From: Phoronis australis
Lineage: Eukaryota; Animalia; Phoronida
Length of the DNA stretch: 64,000 bases
Direction: 5' to 3'
Assembly (NCBI GenBank): GCA_002633005.1
Contig: NMRA01000063.1
Location: forward strand, 666,427-730,426
The translations under genes and the position numbers were made by a program. Every line of letters starts with the position of its first letter. Position 1 is the first letter of the stretch. The notes below the pieces were generated by a model, which searched no databases, had not been told where the DNA came from, and was given only the letters and a program-made list of their open reading frames with translations. Positions 35,920-49,640 of the stretch are shown one piece after another.

Positions 35920-37755
35920 TGGACACCAGGTGGAGAAGCTATTAGACGTTAGTTGACAACCAACAAATTCACTATCTGTCTTTGAAAACGCTATAACTCC
36001 TCACCAGGTGGAGCAGCTATTGGTTGTTAGTTAACAACAAACAAACTTACCCTCAGCCTGCGCTCATTTTGTTTCCACCAACAGGTGGGGCAGCTATTGG
36101 TTGCTAATTGACCTATCGCCAGGATTTTGAGTGATGGCTTAACTGACCAATCAGAATGCATCATTTTTGGCACACCTTAGTTTTTAAGCCGCCGTTTTAC
36201 CTACAAACAACGCTTTGCCGGGTGAAACTTATTGTTTGTTGGTCGATAGTACGCAAGGAGGCGGAGCTTGCGATTGGTCAATTGGCAACCAATGAACTCA
36301 TTCCCAAACTAATTTTCTTTCTAACACCAGGTGGGGAAGTATTGGTTCTTAGTTGGCAACCAACCAATTCACTTTTATTCTGCACTCGTTTTGTGTCCAC
36401 CACTAGATGGGGTAGCTATTAGTTGTTAGTTGGCAACAGGCCTTCATCCAGGGTATGTTCTGGGCGTCCATTAGCACTAATCTGGATCCCTGGCAAGGAA
36501 GCCCAATGTATCATTTGGACACCCACTGTCAAACAGAATTTCTCCAGTTTGGACACCCACATTGTAAGTTCACTAGGACTTCCAGTTAATGAAGGTTGGT
36601 GCTAGTTTGGCCCTTTCAACTCAGAAAGAAATATACAATGTATATAAAATGTTACAATGTTCAGACAATTGAGAAGGCCTGTCAATCATTACTTTTTATT
36701 TGGCTGAAGTGTCTTCCACTGCAGACTGCTTTCAGTGGTCTTGTCTTGTCATTATTTTACAATTCAGTACTTAATATAGGGGCATGGACCTTGGTTAACT
36801 CCAAACTGGTATCTCAGAGGTGTAGTTTCATGTTTTTTTAAAAACACCAAAAGCAAAATAAATGTCATGATTTTAATACTATCGTGTGCCATAAGAATAT
36901 ACCTATTTCAAATTTTAGAGTTTGCGCCTGATTCATGCTTTCAATGTGTATTTTAATGTTTTAATATGGAGAAGCAGAGACACCTGTTGCCAAAATATAA
37001 ATCACGCATCATCTGTGCATTTTTCTTGTGTTGGTAACTGCAGCTCTGATGACTTATTGTACAGAATATAAAAGCTAGTTAAAATGATATGATAAACTTT
37101 ACAACAGCAATTTGACTTGAGATCACCAAAAACATAGTGCACTCATTGTTCAATCAATGTCTGTAATATTTGTTTGGTAAGCTACTTGGCTGTTTTCATA
37201 AATTTAGACGTAGACGTTCTGGTCCACGCACTGTTTTTAGTAAAAAGGCTTACTACAGGGGACGTGTTTTTGTTAACTTAGATGTAAAAGCCTTGGTTTA
37301 CACATTTTTTGTAAAAACCTCACTGTGTGTTGGGGGTAATGCGCTGTTGGAATCATGGACGCCCTGGAATATTGGGAACCCCATTTTGGACACCCTATTT
37401 CCAAAATTCTGGATAAAGCCCTGGTTGGCAACCAACTAATTCACTGTCTCTGTCAGTCACAATCTAATTCTTAACCAGGTGGAGTGATGAATGGTTGTTC
37501 GTTGGCAACCAACAAACAAACCATCTTTCTCATAGATCGTTTGAACTTCAGCACCAGGTGGAGCAACTATTGGATGTTTGTTGGAAACCAACCAACTCAT
37601 TCCCATTTATCACTCATCTGAACCAACTCACCCTCAATCTGCATATGCATTTTGCTGTCCAATACCAGGTGGAGCAACTATTGGATCTCATTTGACAACC
37701 AAGTAATGAGCTCTACTCTTTTAGAGCACTCGTTTTGTACCACCAGGTGGTGTCC
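35920..37755. repeat. Degenerate ~78-bp tandem repeat with a caccaggtggagcagct core, interrupted by a hAT MITE
   Basis: Core at about 35924, 36002, 36079, 36326, 36401, 37473, 37552, 37663 and 37741. Confidence 0.75.
36437..37423. mobile_element. Non-autonomous hAT element
   Basis: TIRs CAGGCCTTCATCCAG / CTGGATAAAGCCCTG; perfect 8-bp TSD GTTGGCAA. Confidence 0.88.
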
Positions 37756-37991
37756 TGTCTAACTGGCGGGTGATATCTAAGTGGTCTGTTGACGTCCATG
37801 TCTTGGTCTGTGCAGTTTGTTGGTTGATGTCCATGTAAGATCCTTACATAACTCGAGCTTGCTACTTTCACAAAATGCTTGTTACTTTCACAAAATGCTT
37901 ATAACTTTCACAAAGTGCTTGCTACTTTCACAAAATGCTTTTACTTTGTTAACACGTATGATTTTGTTGATATTTGGCTGTATACACAAAC

Positions 37992-38420
37992 TTGTCAATA
38001 ATGTCTTAGTCTTACAACTGCACTATAATGTATGGTATAATGAATTTATGCAAATGTACCTAAGTTGTCAATAATGTCTTACAAGTGCGCTATAATGTAT
38101 GGTATAATGAAGTTATGCACATGTACCTAAGTTGTCAATAATGTCTTAGTCTTACAACTGCACTATAATGTATGGTATAATGAATTGATGCACATGTACC
38201 TAAGTTGTCAATAATGTCTTACAACTGCACTATAATGTATGGTATAATGAAGTTATGCACATGTACCTAAGTTGTCAATAATGTCTTAGTCTTACAACTG
38301 CACTATAATGTATGGTATAATGAATTTATGCACATGTACCTTAGTTGTCAATAATGTCTTAGTCTTACAACTGCACTATAATGTATGGTATAATGAATTA
38401 ATGCACATGTACCTAAGTTG
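37992..38420. repeat. 67/73-bp minisatellite, about 6 copies
   Basis: Unit ttgtcaataatgtctta(gtctta)caactgcactataatgtatggtataatgaa.ttatgcacatgtacctaag. Confidence 0.93.
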
Positions 38421-38452
38421 GAACATTCATTTCTATAATGCAAAAGTAATAT

Positions 38453-38623
38453 TCACTCATATGTGGTGTAGTAGGGGTCACTTACCTCTACGTTGGCTAG
38501 TAAAGGGTGGTCACTCATATGGTGTAGTAGGGGTCACCTACCTCTACGTTGGCTAGTAAAGGATGGTCACTCATATGGTGTAGTAGGGGTCACCTTCCTC
38601 TACGTTGGCTAGTAAAGGGTGGT
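38453..38623. repeat. 56-bp repeat, 3 copies
   Basis: Unit cactcatatggtgtagtaggggtcacttacctctacgttggctagtaaagggtggt. Confidence 0.9.
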
Positions 38624-38659
38624 TTCTTGAAAAGTTTACCATATTGTCATTGCTTACAG

Positions 38660-38764
38660 GTGGAAGATCCAATGGATGTCTTGGACGAGAAATGTAGAGA
38701 TCTTGCCGAGGCTCTACGCAACTCAAGGAATACAGTGATTTATACAGGAGCTGGCATCAGTACA
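38660..38764 (+). CDS. SIRT7: SIRT7 exon 3
   Basis: cttacag acceptor; VEDPMDVLDEKCRDLAEALRNSRNTVIYTGAGIST (sirtuin GAGIST); gtgagt donor. Confidence 0.95.
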
Positions 38765-40262
38765 GTGAGTTAGCAGTATTCATTTGATAGTAATAACAAT
38801 GTTAGTAGTGTTAAAAGTAATAATTCTTGTGCTTTTGTAGCCCATTTGTATCTGCTTGTGGGTGGGTTTTACTGTAAAGTGGTGTGTTTTACAAAATACA
38901 ATGTGCATATCAATTTGACCAATGAGTCTAGTTTGAAAACAAGATCCTGAAATAAAAGTGCAGTAAGATCTAAAGATTCTAGGATTCCCTTTGTTTCCAA
39001 TTTTGAACGGCTTCTTACGTTGTAGTTGTGAGTATCCCAGTTGTTTCAGTATATTGCCTGATATAGAACTTGAACATGGAAAAACATGAACTTCGTGGTA
39101 CTTGAAATTTTTTGAAAAACTAAAGGGAAGTTCCGTGAAAAGGTCAAACTTTAGCCAAAATATCAGAATTGTGACAATATTAACATTTCTGGTCTTGTCT
39201 GAAAGCCCAATCCCTCTAGTTTTGAATTTCTTATAACTTTCAAATTTTTTCCTAAATAGACACATTTTGGGTGTCAGTTACCCTGAGTGTGTGTTACAAA
39301 TTATTTTGATAAATAAGCTAATTCTGCATATTTTACTATATTACCAAATTTGTGCAACCATAAAACGCCTAAACTGTCCAAAATTATCATTTGACTAGTG
39401 TCACATCATCGACCTCTTGGGGTCAAAGGTCATGTCCTAGATATCAAAGTGTCCTGTGTCTGTAACAACAAAAGTGCTAAAAAATTTAGTTGCGATGATT
39501 CACTAAGTCAGAAATTGCAAGACAGACATACAAAAATGTGTACGTATGTCTGTCACATCTATGAAAATACAATTTCTGTCAATAAAAATGTATTTAGGTC
39601 TAATTTTTACTTTCTAAACTGGCAGAAGATAAAATTAGTCTCACACTTGAGATTCTTGAGCCATCAAATACCATAAATATTGCTATTAAATACCATAAAG
39701 ATAGCTATAAAATACCATAAAGATAGCTATAAAATACCATAAAGATATGTATAAATTAAGTTACTACTCATTTAAACTAGATACATTGTGACTTTTTTAA
39801 TACTTGGTTTATTTTGCAGAAAAGTTATACTTTACAGTGACATCTAGTACATTCTTAACAAGAATTAAATTTGTCTAAATTAGACAGTTGGACTTCATTC
39901 TGACTTTAAATTGAAAATATTAAAGATATGAATTTGTTGTTCGTCAAGATTTGCTTTGTTTTGGAAAAATTGCAGAAGCAAAAAGTGTACAAAAGACTTG
40001 CTAAGGTGCTTTGGAGTTGAAATAACATGAAACCTAAAATGAATCCGTGTCAAAATCCGTGTCGAAGTGCTGTTATGTCAATATGTTGTTTCATCTCTGA
40101 TGGTGGGCATTCTTAAGAGGTAGCAACCTTGTGACCTACTTTATTTAGAATTTTGTCACACCTTCACTAAGTGTAGTCAATCTGTGTGTTTTTCAGTGTC
40201 TTGGGTGACTTGTATGATACGGTTTCACAGCATTAATCAGGATTACATCGTTTAATTATTAA

Positions 40263-42330
40263 TTTTTTTTGCACCCACATATTTATATGTGCATATTGCT
40301 GTCATCTCTGTCTGTCCGGGCGTCTGGTCATCCATCGTCCAGTGTCCGCAGCTATATCTCCTAAAGCCCTCTTAGGATCTTGATGATATTTGGTAGATGT
40401 ATTCCAATGAAGCTGACGACGGAAGACGACGACTTTTGGGATGGATCCGATTACCGGTTTACCCCCTAGTGACACTTTTTTAACGTTTAGCTCTGTATCT
40501 TCAAAGGTCCTCAATGGATTTTTATGAAACTTGGCACTTAGGCATCTATTAATAACATAATGCTATCCACCCATTTTCAGATGGATTCAAGGTATTTTGT
40601 GCCACCTGGTGGCCATTTTTACTGTTTTCGAATCTGTTTTTGGCGTCTGCCCTCCCACGAAACGACTCTAAGTGTGATTGTGAAAATTGGCATATATCGA
40701 CAGTTGACGATGATTTTCCGACGCTTTTGACTGCTGTGGTGCCTCCTAGTGGCAGTTTTGTTTGATTTTGCACCCATGGCTGTATCTCCTAAACGCTCTG
40801 TAGGACCTTATTCAATTCAGCAAGTATATTTATTTGAAGTTGACAACAAATGCGACGACTTTCGGACGGATCGGACTACCAATGTGCCCCCTAGTGGCAA
40901 TTTTTTACATTTACCTCTGTATCTTCAAATGCCTCAACAGATTTTCATAAAATGTGGCAGTTAGGCATCTATTTGTGAAGTGATGCTTTCCTTTCATTTT
41001 CAGATGGATTCGAGGCATTTTGCACCGCGTTCTGGACGTTTTTACTGTCTTTGTGTCCGTTTTCTGGCACTCCTGTGTAAACCAAACCACTTTAAGGATG
41101 ATTTTAGAAATTGGCATATATTTTCGTAGTGTGAAGAGGATAGTTGACATTGATTCTCTGATGGCTTCATCCAGGATGTCGAAAATAGGGTGTCCAAAAT
41201 GGGGTTCCCAATATTCTAGGGGATCCATGATTCCAGTGGCGCTTTACCCCCACCCCCCACCACATTTCACCACTAATCCCCCCATGCGCCCCTCCACATT
41301 TCACCAGTAATCCCCCCATATGCACGGTGAGATTTTAAAAAAAAATGCGTAGACCAAGGCTTTTGCATCTAAGTTTACAAAAATAGCTCCTCTTCTGTGA
41401 GCTTTTTCACTAAAAACAGTGCGTAGACCAAAACTTTTAAGTCTAAATTTACGAAAACAGCCAAGTAACTTACCAAACAAATATTACAGATATTGGTTGA
41501 ACAATGAGTGCACTATGTTTTGGTGATCTCAAGTCAAATTGCTCTTGTAAAATTTATCATATCGTAACTAACTTTTATACTCTGTACAATGAGTCATCAG
41601 AGCTGCAGTGTTGATGTGTAGTTTTTATTTTGGCAACAGGTGTCACTGCTGCTCCATATTAAAACATTAAAACGCACATTGAAAAGCATGAAACAGGCGC
41701 AAACTCAAAAATTTTAAATGGTATGTTCTTCTAGCACAATATAGTGTTAAACTTATGTCATTGATTTCGCCTTTGGTGTTTTTAAAAAGAGATGAAAAAC
41801 ATGAAACTACTGCTCTGAAACACCAGTTTGCAGTCAGCCAATGTCCGTGCTGCTATATACGAAGTACTGAATTATTAGATGTGATAAGACCCCTGAAAGG
41901 AGACTACCCTGGTAGACACTAAACTTGATGTGCTAATGATTGGCATGTCATTTCAGTTCTTTCTTCAAGTTTCATTAGCTTGGATAAATTCTGATTGACA
42001 TTGGGCATTGTTGCCAGAGTGTCCAGTTTGGTATTAGGGCATCCGTTTGGATGCCAGCGACGTACACTGCATGAAGGCCTGCTATGGAGCCTCCTAGTGG
42101 CTGTTTTAGTTTGTTTTTTGGGTCTATAGCTTTATCTCCTAAACCTACTGCAGGATCTATATTAAATTTAGCAAGTTCCTTTTTATAAATATGAGGTTGT
42201 AAACGCTACGATATTCAGATGAATGGACGAACCCTGTGCCTCCTAGTGGCAATTTCACTTTTTCTGTTTTCCTGTGTTTCTCATAAGTTCCTTCATGCAT
42301 TTTTATGAAATTTGGCGAATAGCTTTCTAT
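40263..42330 (+). mobile_element. HINE/CTCF-motif family copy interrupted by a hAT element
   Basis: 5' T-run plus gcacccacatatttatatgtg, ctgtctgtcc; core monomers to about 41159, resuming at 42082. Confidence 0.78.
41160..42081. mobile_element. Second, inverted copy of the 36437-37423 hAT MITE
   Basis: Reverse-complement similarity along its length; ends atgaaggcctg. Confidence 0.82.
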
Positions 42331-42814
42331 TAATTATCACAACCGAGGTACATCAATGACTGACTCGACAGCTCTCGTAGTCAGACTATATGAAAAGAAA
42401 ATGGCACGAAATTCTTGCCTCCCAAAACGTCACTTTCGGATTGGAGAACGAATTATTAATCAAATTACAAAAAGCTGTAATTAAGTTGAAAATATGTCTG
42501 GGATAACCAACGAACCTTATTTTTGCTAAAACTAACATGAAAAAGGTTGCCTTCACCTTTAAGTATTCCATTTTATCTGTTTCTGTCTGGAAGCTGATCA
42601 GACAATAACGTCATGACGCCAAGAAGCTTTACATGTCATATGCCAGTTGATCGAGTAGTTGGTAGTGATGCTACAGTTTAATGCTACGTTGCCTCGGATG
42701 TTGTAATGCCCAGAAATATTTTGTGTCACTACCAAATATTGGGCCTACATTGAAATGGTAGTCTTTTTCAGCTTATTGGGCTTGCAAGTATTTCTTTTGT
42801 TTTTCTGCATTTGC

Positions 42815-43258
42815 CCTATGTACATCCGTATAGGGCTTTCATACCAACTGATGCACTGTGTACATCCATAGGGGGCTTTCATACCAACTGTTCACTACGT
42901 ACATCCGTAGAAGGTTTTCGTACCAACTGTTACACTACGTACATCCGTAGAGGGCTTTCATACTAACTGATGCACTATGTTCATCCATAGAGGGCTTTCA
43001 TACCACCTGTTACACTATGTACGTCCGTAGAGGGATTTCATACCAACTGTTACACTATGTACATCCATAGAGGGCTTTCGTACCAGCTGATGCACAATGT
43101 ACATCCATAGAGGGCTTTCATACCAACAGTTACACTATGTACATCCATAGAGCCAGGTTTCATACCAACTGATACACTATTTACATCCGTAGAGAGTTTT
43201 CATAAAAACTGTTACACTATGTACATCCGTAGAGGCTTTCATACCAACTCTTGCACTA
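42815..43258. repeat. 40-bp minisatellite, about 11 copies
   Basis: Unit cactatgtacatccgtagagggctttcataccaactgtta. Confidence 0.93.
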
Positions 43259-44116
43259 TTTCGATGTAGCACCGTAGTAAAACAAACCATATTCAGGTAG
43301 GCGTCTCGAGTAAAAAAATAGGAGATATCAGAAAGAGCTTCCGAGGGACACAAATGCATTGTGAATTTGCACCCATCTGCGCCAAAATTGCAAAACGCAC
43401 TCAAATAGGATGACTAGCCCTTGAGTCTTTTTTTCCATTAGAATGAATGGTAATTGAAAGCACCTTTACCTACAGAGTATCTAAAAACATCACCAGTATG
43501 TTTAGGCCATTAGAATAAAGTGGTTATGTAGGCCATAATGTATCCTTTATCACCTGTTATTAGCGTTTGTGCCTAACTTCCTATTCAGCTGGATGTAATA
43601 TTGATGTAGCAGGGGTAGGCAGCCTTCAATGGACCAATTAGTGGGCTCACTGTGTGGAAAACTGACAGTTAGTTGTATGTTTTATAGTGAATACTCAGGT
43701 TCATGCAGAGTAGGCCCTTTAACATTAGAAAGCTGGAATGTTAATTAGGGGATTAGTAATGAGGAAGATACAGTCGATGTATATGTGGAGGCACTCAACA
43801 GTTCCCACTGGCTTTTGGCAAGATCAAAAGATCAAGCTCTCTGTTCCAACAAGTGCGCAAAACCTGAAAAACTGACATGTTGTTTGTTGGAAGCAAGATT
43901 TGGTAATTTTCATTTACCAAATGAAGGGTCTAGTTCTAGGTGGTAAAAAATTTGAGTAGTTGGAAAATGGTGTCCTCTAACCAACAGTATTTTTTCAGAT
44001 TTTGAAAGGTATTAGAATTTGTGACCCAGTGCCATTGTATGTTGCACGGATTCATTGTGGACTGCATGAATTTTTAAATTTAGGTTAAATTTAGCATTTA
44101 TTAATTATTGGGATTA

Positions 44117-45460
44117 CCGTATTCATCTTAAAAAGAGCCCATGCCCCTATAAGTGCCCCCCACGCGTTTTCAGACTTTGCTAAAATAAGCATCCAGTCCA
44201 TGAAAGCCGTGTACATGAGAAAAATGCCTTACCTAAAGTTCTAAAATTCTACAGTAACGTCTTCAGTTTATCAATAAGATCCAACAGTCCTGAAAAAATC
44301 ATTGTGCGCGGAATTTATAGACCACAAGCCTCCCGGCTATGTCGGTATTTAGCCGTGACTATACACTTCAAACCTCCGCCGTGCTTCAAAAAGAACGCGA
44401 AAGTTTTGCTGATCTTGCGAGTGACATGTCCTATTATGGTCTGGCCTTTCAGAACAGACGTAGCACACTTGTCAAAGGGATTGTATTGTATAAGTTTCTC
44501 GTACAGATCTCCTCCCTCAACAGGAATCCAAATTTCTTAGTACATGTGGAAACAGCGAATCAAAGACTAATAATTACTTGACCTTTGTTAAAAGCAAGTG
44601 GTCAGCTAGGCACGAAATAAATACTGGCATTACTTCCGAAAGTTTCTAATACCGTAAAAACGTTTGCGTTATTTTTAGGAGGAATTATTTAATTAATGGT
44701 AATTGGAGTTTTAAAATCACAATGACCCACTGATAGTGAACATTTCCGCACCCTAACACCCCCGGATCTCCCGAAAAATAACTGTTAGACTGTCACGCAT
44801 CCAGTCACTCGCCGACTCAATAACATCGCCATCGGCCTTACCGAGACCGACAACAAGCGCTAAAAAAAAACGTTCTACTTTACTGCTGGTGTTAATTTCC
44901 TTAGTTACCGTACAATGCACACCTAGATCGTTACATCGCGTTTACTCTGGCAAATGTTCTCTGACGACACGCATGAGCTCGTTTGCTCACTCAAATATCA
45001 ACAACATGTGTGTTTGTTCAGAGATTTTTCTTGTGTTGCGAAGTACGATCTAGCGTTGATGTGGACTTAATGTGCAGTTAATCCCGACTCCACTGAAACT
45101 TAAAAATCGTAGGACTTCAGGTAATTTGTTGACTCGAAACTATATTTTAACTCACGAATTCAAGTTGACCTGTCGGTAATTGCGTGGTAGCGACTCATCA
45201 GTCGGCGAGTTTTCGCACTGGGATTTTCCAAAAATGCTGGTAATTTAACATCTAAGTTTGATAACAATGCACTGCAATTTTGTAGAAACTATGTCGTATT
45301 GGTTACAGATGCGTCACAGAGCCTAAATTTGATGAATTCTGGCTTACTATTTCACCTGTTTCGGAGACCGGGTTTCGACCACTTTGGGCTGTAATAAGTG
45401 CCCCCCCTTCCTGAAACGAATTTTTCTAAGCTCCCTGGGTGCTTATTAGGGCGAATGCGG
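44117..45460. mobile_element. Non-autonomous Tc1/mariner-superfamily (Tc2/pogo-like) element
   Basis: TA/CCGTATTCATCTTAAAAAGAGCCC ... GGGTGCTTATTAGGGCGAATGCGG/TA: imperfect TIRs with TA TSD. Confidence 0.7.
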
Positions 45461-45744
45461 TAAGCCAAGAAACCAGCTGTGTGGTTAAAGTTGTTCAAAG
45501 TGTCATAGTTTGAAGAAAAACAGTAATGTGTTTCAATAGCATCATCCAGCATTCTCAGACTTCAGTTGATGAATTCATTGCCTTGGTGTTGGGTATGAGA
45601 CACAGTCAGCTTATGCAGTACCAATGGGTCCAAAAATGTGGAATGACAGAAAACTTGTTTTTAAAATGCAATTATGTGCATCTTTCATCGAGGTATCAAT
45701 TTACTTATTTTATCGAGGGAGACTGCTATATTACAACCTGCACA

Positions 45745-45975
45745 ACCGCCACTAACTCCACCTCTACCACCTCTACAACCTCCACCACCACTACCACCAC
45801 CACCATCACTTCTAGAATTACCTTCCTCTTCTAACACCACCTCCACTTCTACCACCACCAGCACCTCCACCAGCACCTCCCCCACCACCACCACCATCAA
45901 CATTGCCACCACCACCACCACCTCTGCCACCACCACCACCACCTTTCACCTCCACCACCTCTTCCATCAACACCT
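45745..45975. repeat. Imperfect (CCA)n microsatellite
   Basis: Runs of accaccacc and cctccacc. Confidence 0.9.
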
Positions 45976-47179
45976 AGCTTTGTGCTTGCTGGTTTCATGC
46001 ATAGGTGACCTTAAATTCTGCGCTAAGTGATCAACTGGTTGTTAAAGTTCCCAAAATGACATTTTTTCTATCAACAACACATTGACAAATTATTCAAAAT
46101 AAAATAGTTTTCAATGGGAAGATGTGAATACTATGGATATAATAGGGTACAAGTGAGAGCTACTCTTTAAAACGCCTGCGGTCTCAACACGTTCAGTGTT
46201 GTTTTTTGAATGTTTATACAATTTCACTGTAACATTTGAATGCCTCATACCTAGAGTTCGAAATTATATTTCCACCAGAACATGAATTGTTTGATTTTAC
46301 AGGAGAGAACATGTATTGTTTGATTTTACTGGAGAGAACATGTATTGTTTGATTTTACAAGGTTTCAAGTGTTCCTACGTTTCCTACTTTTTCCTACTTT
46401 TCGAGCACAAGCGATGCTAACTTAATGGCTGTGTAGTGGGGGAGCTAGTAGGACTTCACACTGTTGAGTGTAAAAGGTTTGAGTTCTATTGTATCTCACC
46501 TACCATTAAAAGAAAGAGACATCTTAAATTGCACAATCCTCTTGTTTGGTCCTTGGGTAGACCAAAAAGATACCCAAAATCCATTTAATTTAGATTTTGA
46601 GTGCAACATCCTTTTCAAGTTTATTTCATTACAACCACCACTCAAATTAAAATGATGCAAATTAAGACATGAAAATGCCTGGGGTTATTAATTATAATAC
46701 CTACTAATTACTGACCGATTAACAATTTATTTCAACTTTTAAGTGCAAAGAATTCTTTTCCAAAAGATAGTGCAGTAGTTCTGGACACCATATCCACAGC
46801 TTAAGACACCATTTTACCTGGAGTTTGCAGAAAAGATAGGGGTGTTTGGACCCTAATGGATAACAAGACCCGGAAAATGAACTTGTATGACAGAGGAAAT
46901 ACTACAATTTTTATTTCTGCTAAATAAGACCTTTGAAATGAACAAAATACAACTTAAGATGCAAAAAGTCCTTTTGTTATTAACTAAGACACTTATTAAT
47001 TAACAGCCAATAAATGATTTATTTAAGGATGTATTTGCATGCTTTGAACTATGCTAACGTATAGCAAGAACTAAAACGACAATGCTCTTTGAATTTCATC
47101 TACGCTAAACAAAATGCAGTTGTATTCATTGACAACTTGTAAATGTGAAAACGACCTTTGCGCCAATGACGTACCTTGG

Positions 47180-47366
47180 GGGCTCACATAACCATTGTTG
47201 TGAACTGCTGAACAGACTGTGTTCGAACCTATGACATCATTGGTTAAATTCAGCACTTCTGTCTGCCGTATGGTGTCAGCTTAAAGAACTGAACTTGCTG
47301 TTATCAAGTGGAACTTCTCGATCAAAATTCATACAAAATACATTGTTTTTTTGGTGACATTCTCCT
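47180..47366. mobile_element. Terminal fragment of the Kolobok A/B family
   Basis: Similar to 24000-24179; ends ggtgacattctcct then TTAA. Confidence 0.65.
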
Positions 47367-47689
47367 TTAACCCAGTTTGAAGTCATTTTCCTCTAGAGAT
47401 GAAGCGACAGAGGCTGATGAGTTATGAGACGCATTGTGCTAGACGACTTGTCTTAAAGAGGAAATTGCAAGGTCTAAACCAATCTGAACAACAATATGGT
47501 CTAAATTCTAGTTTATAATTATCATTGCTATATTCTTAACATTAACTGAATTGTACGCCGCTATACAAAGTTATTTACATATTTAGTGCCATGGTGTTGT
47601 AACGCCATCGTTGTAACGGAGAATAGAAACGGCGCCATTTTCGTTCATTACACATCTGTGACGTGGTGTTGGGGAACACAAAGGAAGCA

Positions 47690-49640
47690 ATGTGTGTCCA
47701 AGTGAGTACAGCAGCGTAGATGAGGAATACTTTGAACGATACAGGGACGGACAGGTGGACTTTTCAGATGATTCCGACCTTTCGGACGTGGAGGTAGAGG
47801 TGACAGATCCCAGAGGAACAATGTGTTCACAGCTTTTCTGTAGCGGAGCCGTTCTCCCTCGATCCCTTTCACGGCCCTTTCTCTGGTCGCCGAAGACTCA
47901 CTCCCAGCGGGTTCGTCCTGTGAACGTCAACAGGCTGAAGGTGCGCAGGAGTTGCGATTAGATGTTAGTGATTGGTAAGAATATTATCAATATGTATCCT
48001 ACAACCGCGAATTATAACTTGGTCTTTTTTAATTCAAAAGTAGGTGCTTTACCAGTCAGTCCCAGGCGCCCATATCCCCATTGGTGAATCGTGTTTCAGC
48101 CGTGGATAAATACCAGTTTCAGTGATAAAACTGGGATTTTTTTGCATTATAGCAAATCACTCAAAAATTGTTAGGTCTCTGATTATTTGTAGACAGTGTG
48201 GCTCAGTGGTTTGAGCTCGTGAGACTCAGGTTCGAATCCTGGGTTTCACTGGCATGCAATTGAGCATTGAACAAAATTGTCTCTTACTTCTCCGAGACTG
48301 AGCGGGGTGTTACTAGTGAGTGAATAAATGTATGCAAGGGAATGAATGAGAACCACTTTGGAATAATCGACTGTGAATTGTAAAGAAGAGGATGAAAGAA
48401 TTGCAATTTTATAATTTAGACTTTCTCACCTTGGTGCTGGGGGAGGGCATAATTCTATAGGTTATAGAACAAGTCATTTCATTTTCGTACTCAAGTCAAC
48501 TCGGACCTATATCAGTCTACACATGTGTTCCAAAACAGTTTTATTTTGTAAGGCGATGCTTGAAATGGAAACAACCATTTCATGTCGATGTACATTGACC
48601 CAATGTTGCCATTATTTATAAATGAAATATGGTACATGGCTTGGTTACGAGTCGACTTGGGTAGGAACCGCCTGGTAAAGTTTCTATAGAGTAAAGAGAG
48701 CATACCATTGGATTGGTGATTGCCCATATAGCATATCAAGAAGTTTTAATGTATACTGTAATATTTAAAATATGGGCGACCCTTTGAGTGGCAACACTGC
48801 CTTTCAAGTTGGTTTGCCCCATTGTCATTGTCTAGTTTGATTAATGGTATGTGGGTGCCGATATGATTCAGATTGGGAGAACAGGTCTCACGACTACATA
48901 CAAAACAGTCCCCGCCATCAATGAATGAGGGCAACTACCTTTTGTCTTAGGGTCAGTTAAAAAATCAAACAACTAATGTCCATTACTATATCCCCCGGGT
49001 ATGATCTACCACTGCCTTGGGTGTAGCACTATTCATTTGTATGAAAAGTAAATATCTTTACTATATATGATCAATTTGTACAAAAAATAAATAGGTTGTG
49101 ATGTTCCAATCAATTTTCCTGAAAACTGAAGTCGTATGCAGACCCCTCAATTTGGTAGAGGCACTCTTGGTAAATTTTTTAATTCGAAATTTTGATGTTT
49201 ACTGAAATAATGTATTATTGTCGACACATCTTGCAGGTGCACCTGGGGCAACTGTCAGACAACCTCAGTTGTTGAAGAAAGAGTATGTTGCCAAGAGGTT
49301 GACAAGGTTGTTGCAAAACTTGATGAAGAAATGAAGCGTGACAACTAACACAGAAGAAAAAATGTATTGTGGAGCATGGGGGTTTAAACCTGTATACATC
49401 AATCGTGGTGTTTTGGAGACTGCATGGTTGCAGTACAAAAGCCAATATCCTGATGGCTATGACAGACCCTTGGATAAAAGGATTTGACACGTGGCCTACA
49501 GACAGTTCCAAAGATGGGTACACGGTCACTTAGGACGAACAGTCCGTGTTGTCATTCCAGCATGCGCAGTAGCCTGCATCAGAGCTTTCTACCCTCCGCC
49601 AGGAAATGAGGAAGACTTTGAGTTCCAAGGATTTTCTTAA
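47690..49640 (+). pseudogene. KolX / P2X7 C-terminal-like protein pseudogene (exons 47690-47974 and 49237-49640)
   Basis: ..RLDVSDW/CTWGNCQ..ERVCCQE..CIVEHGGF..LETAW..*HVAYRQFQRWVHGHLGRTVRVVIPACAVACIRAFYP; stops and frameshifts. Confidence 0.75.

Noticed and set aside
42335-42710. Possible Crypton-like or TIR element (caaccgagg ... cctcggatg)
   Set aside because: The inverted match is too short, with no TSD, coding remnant or second copy.
45526-46030. Pro/Thr-rich mucin- or formin-like ORFs
   Set aside because: They are translations of a (CCA)n microsatellite, open in several frames.
48195-48250. tRNA gene (A-box tggctcagtgg, B-box ggttcgaatcc); similar sequence at about 2540-2595
   Set aside because: No full cloverleaf or acceptor stem; at most a decayed tRNA-derived SINE head.
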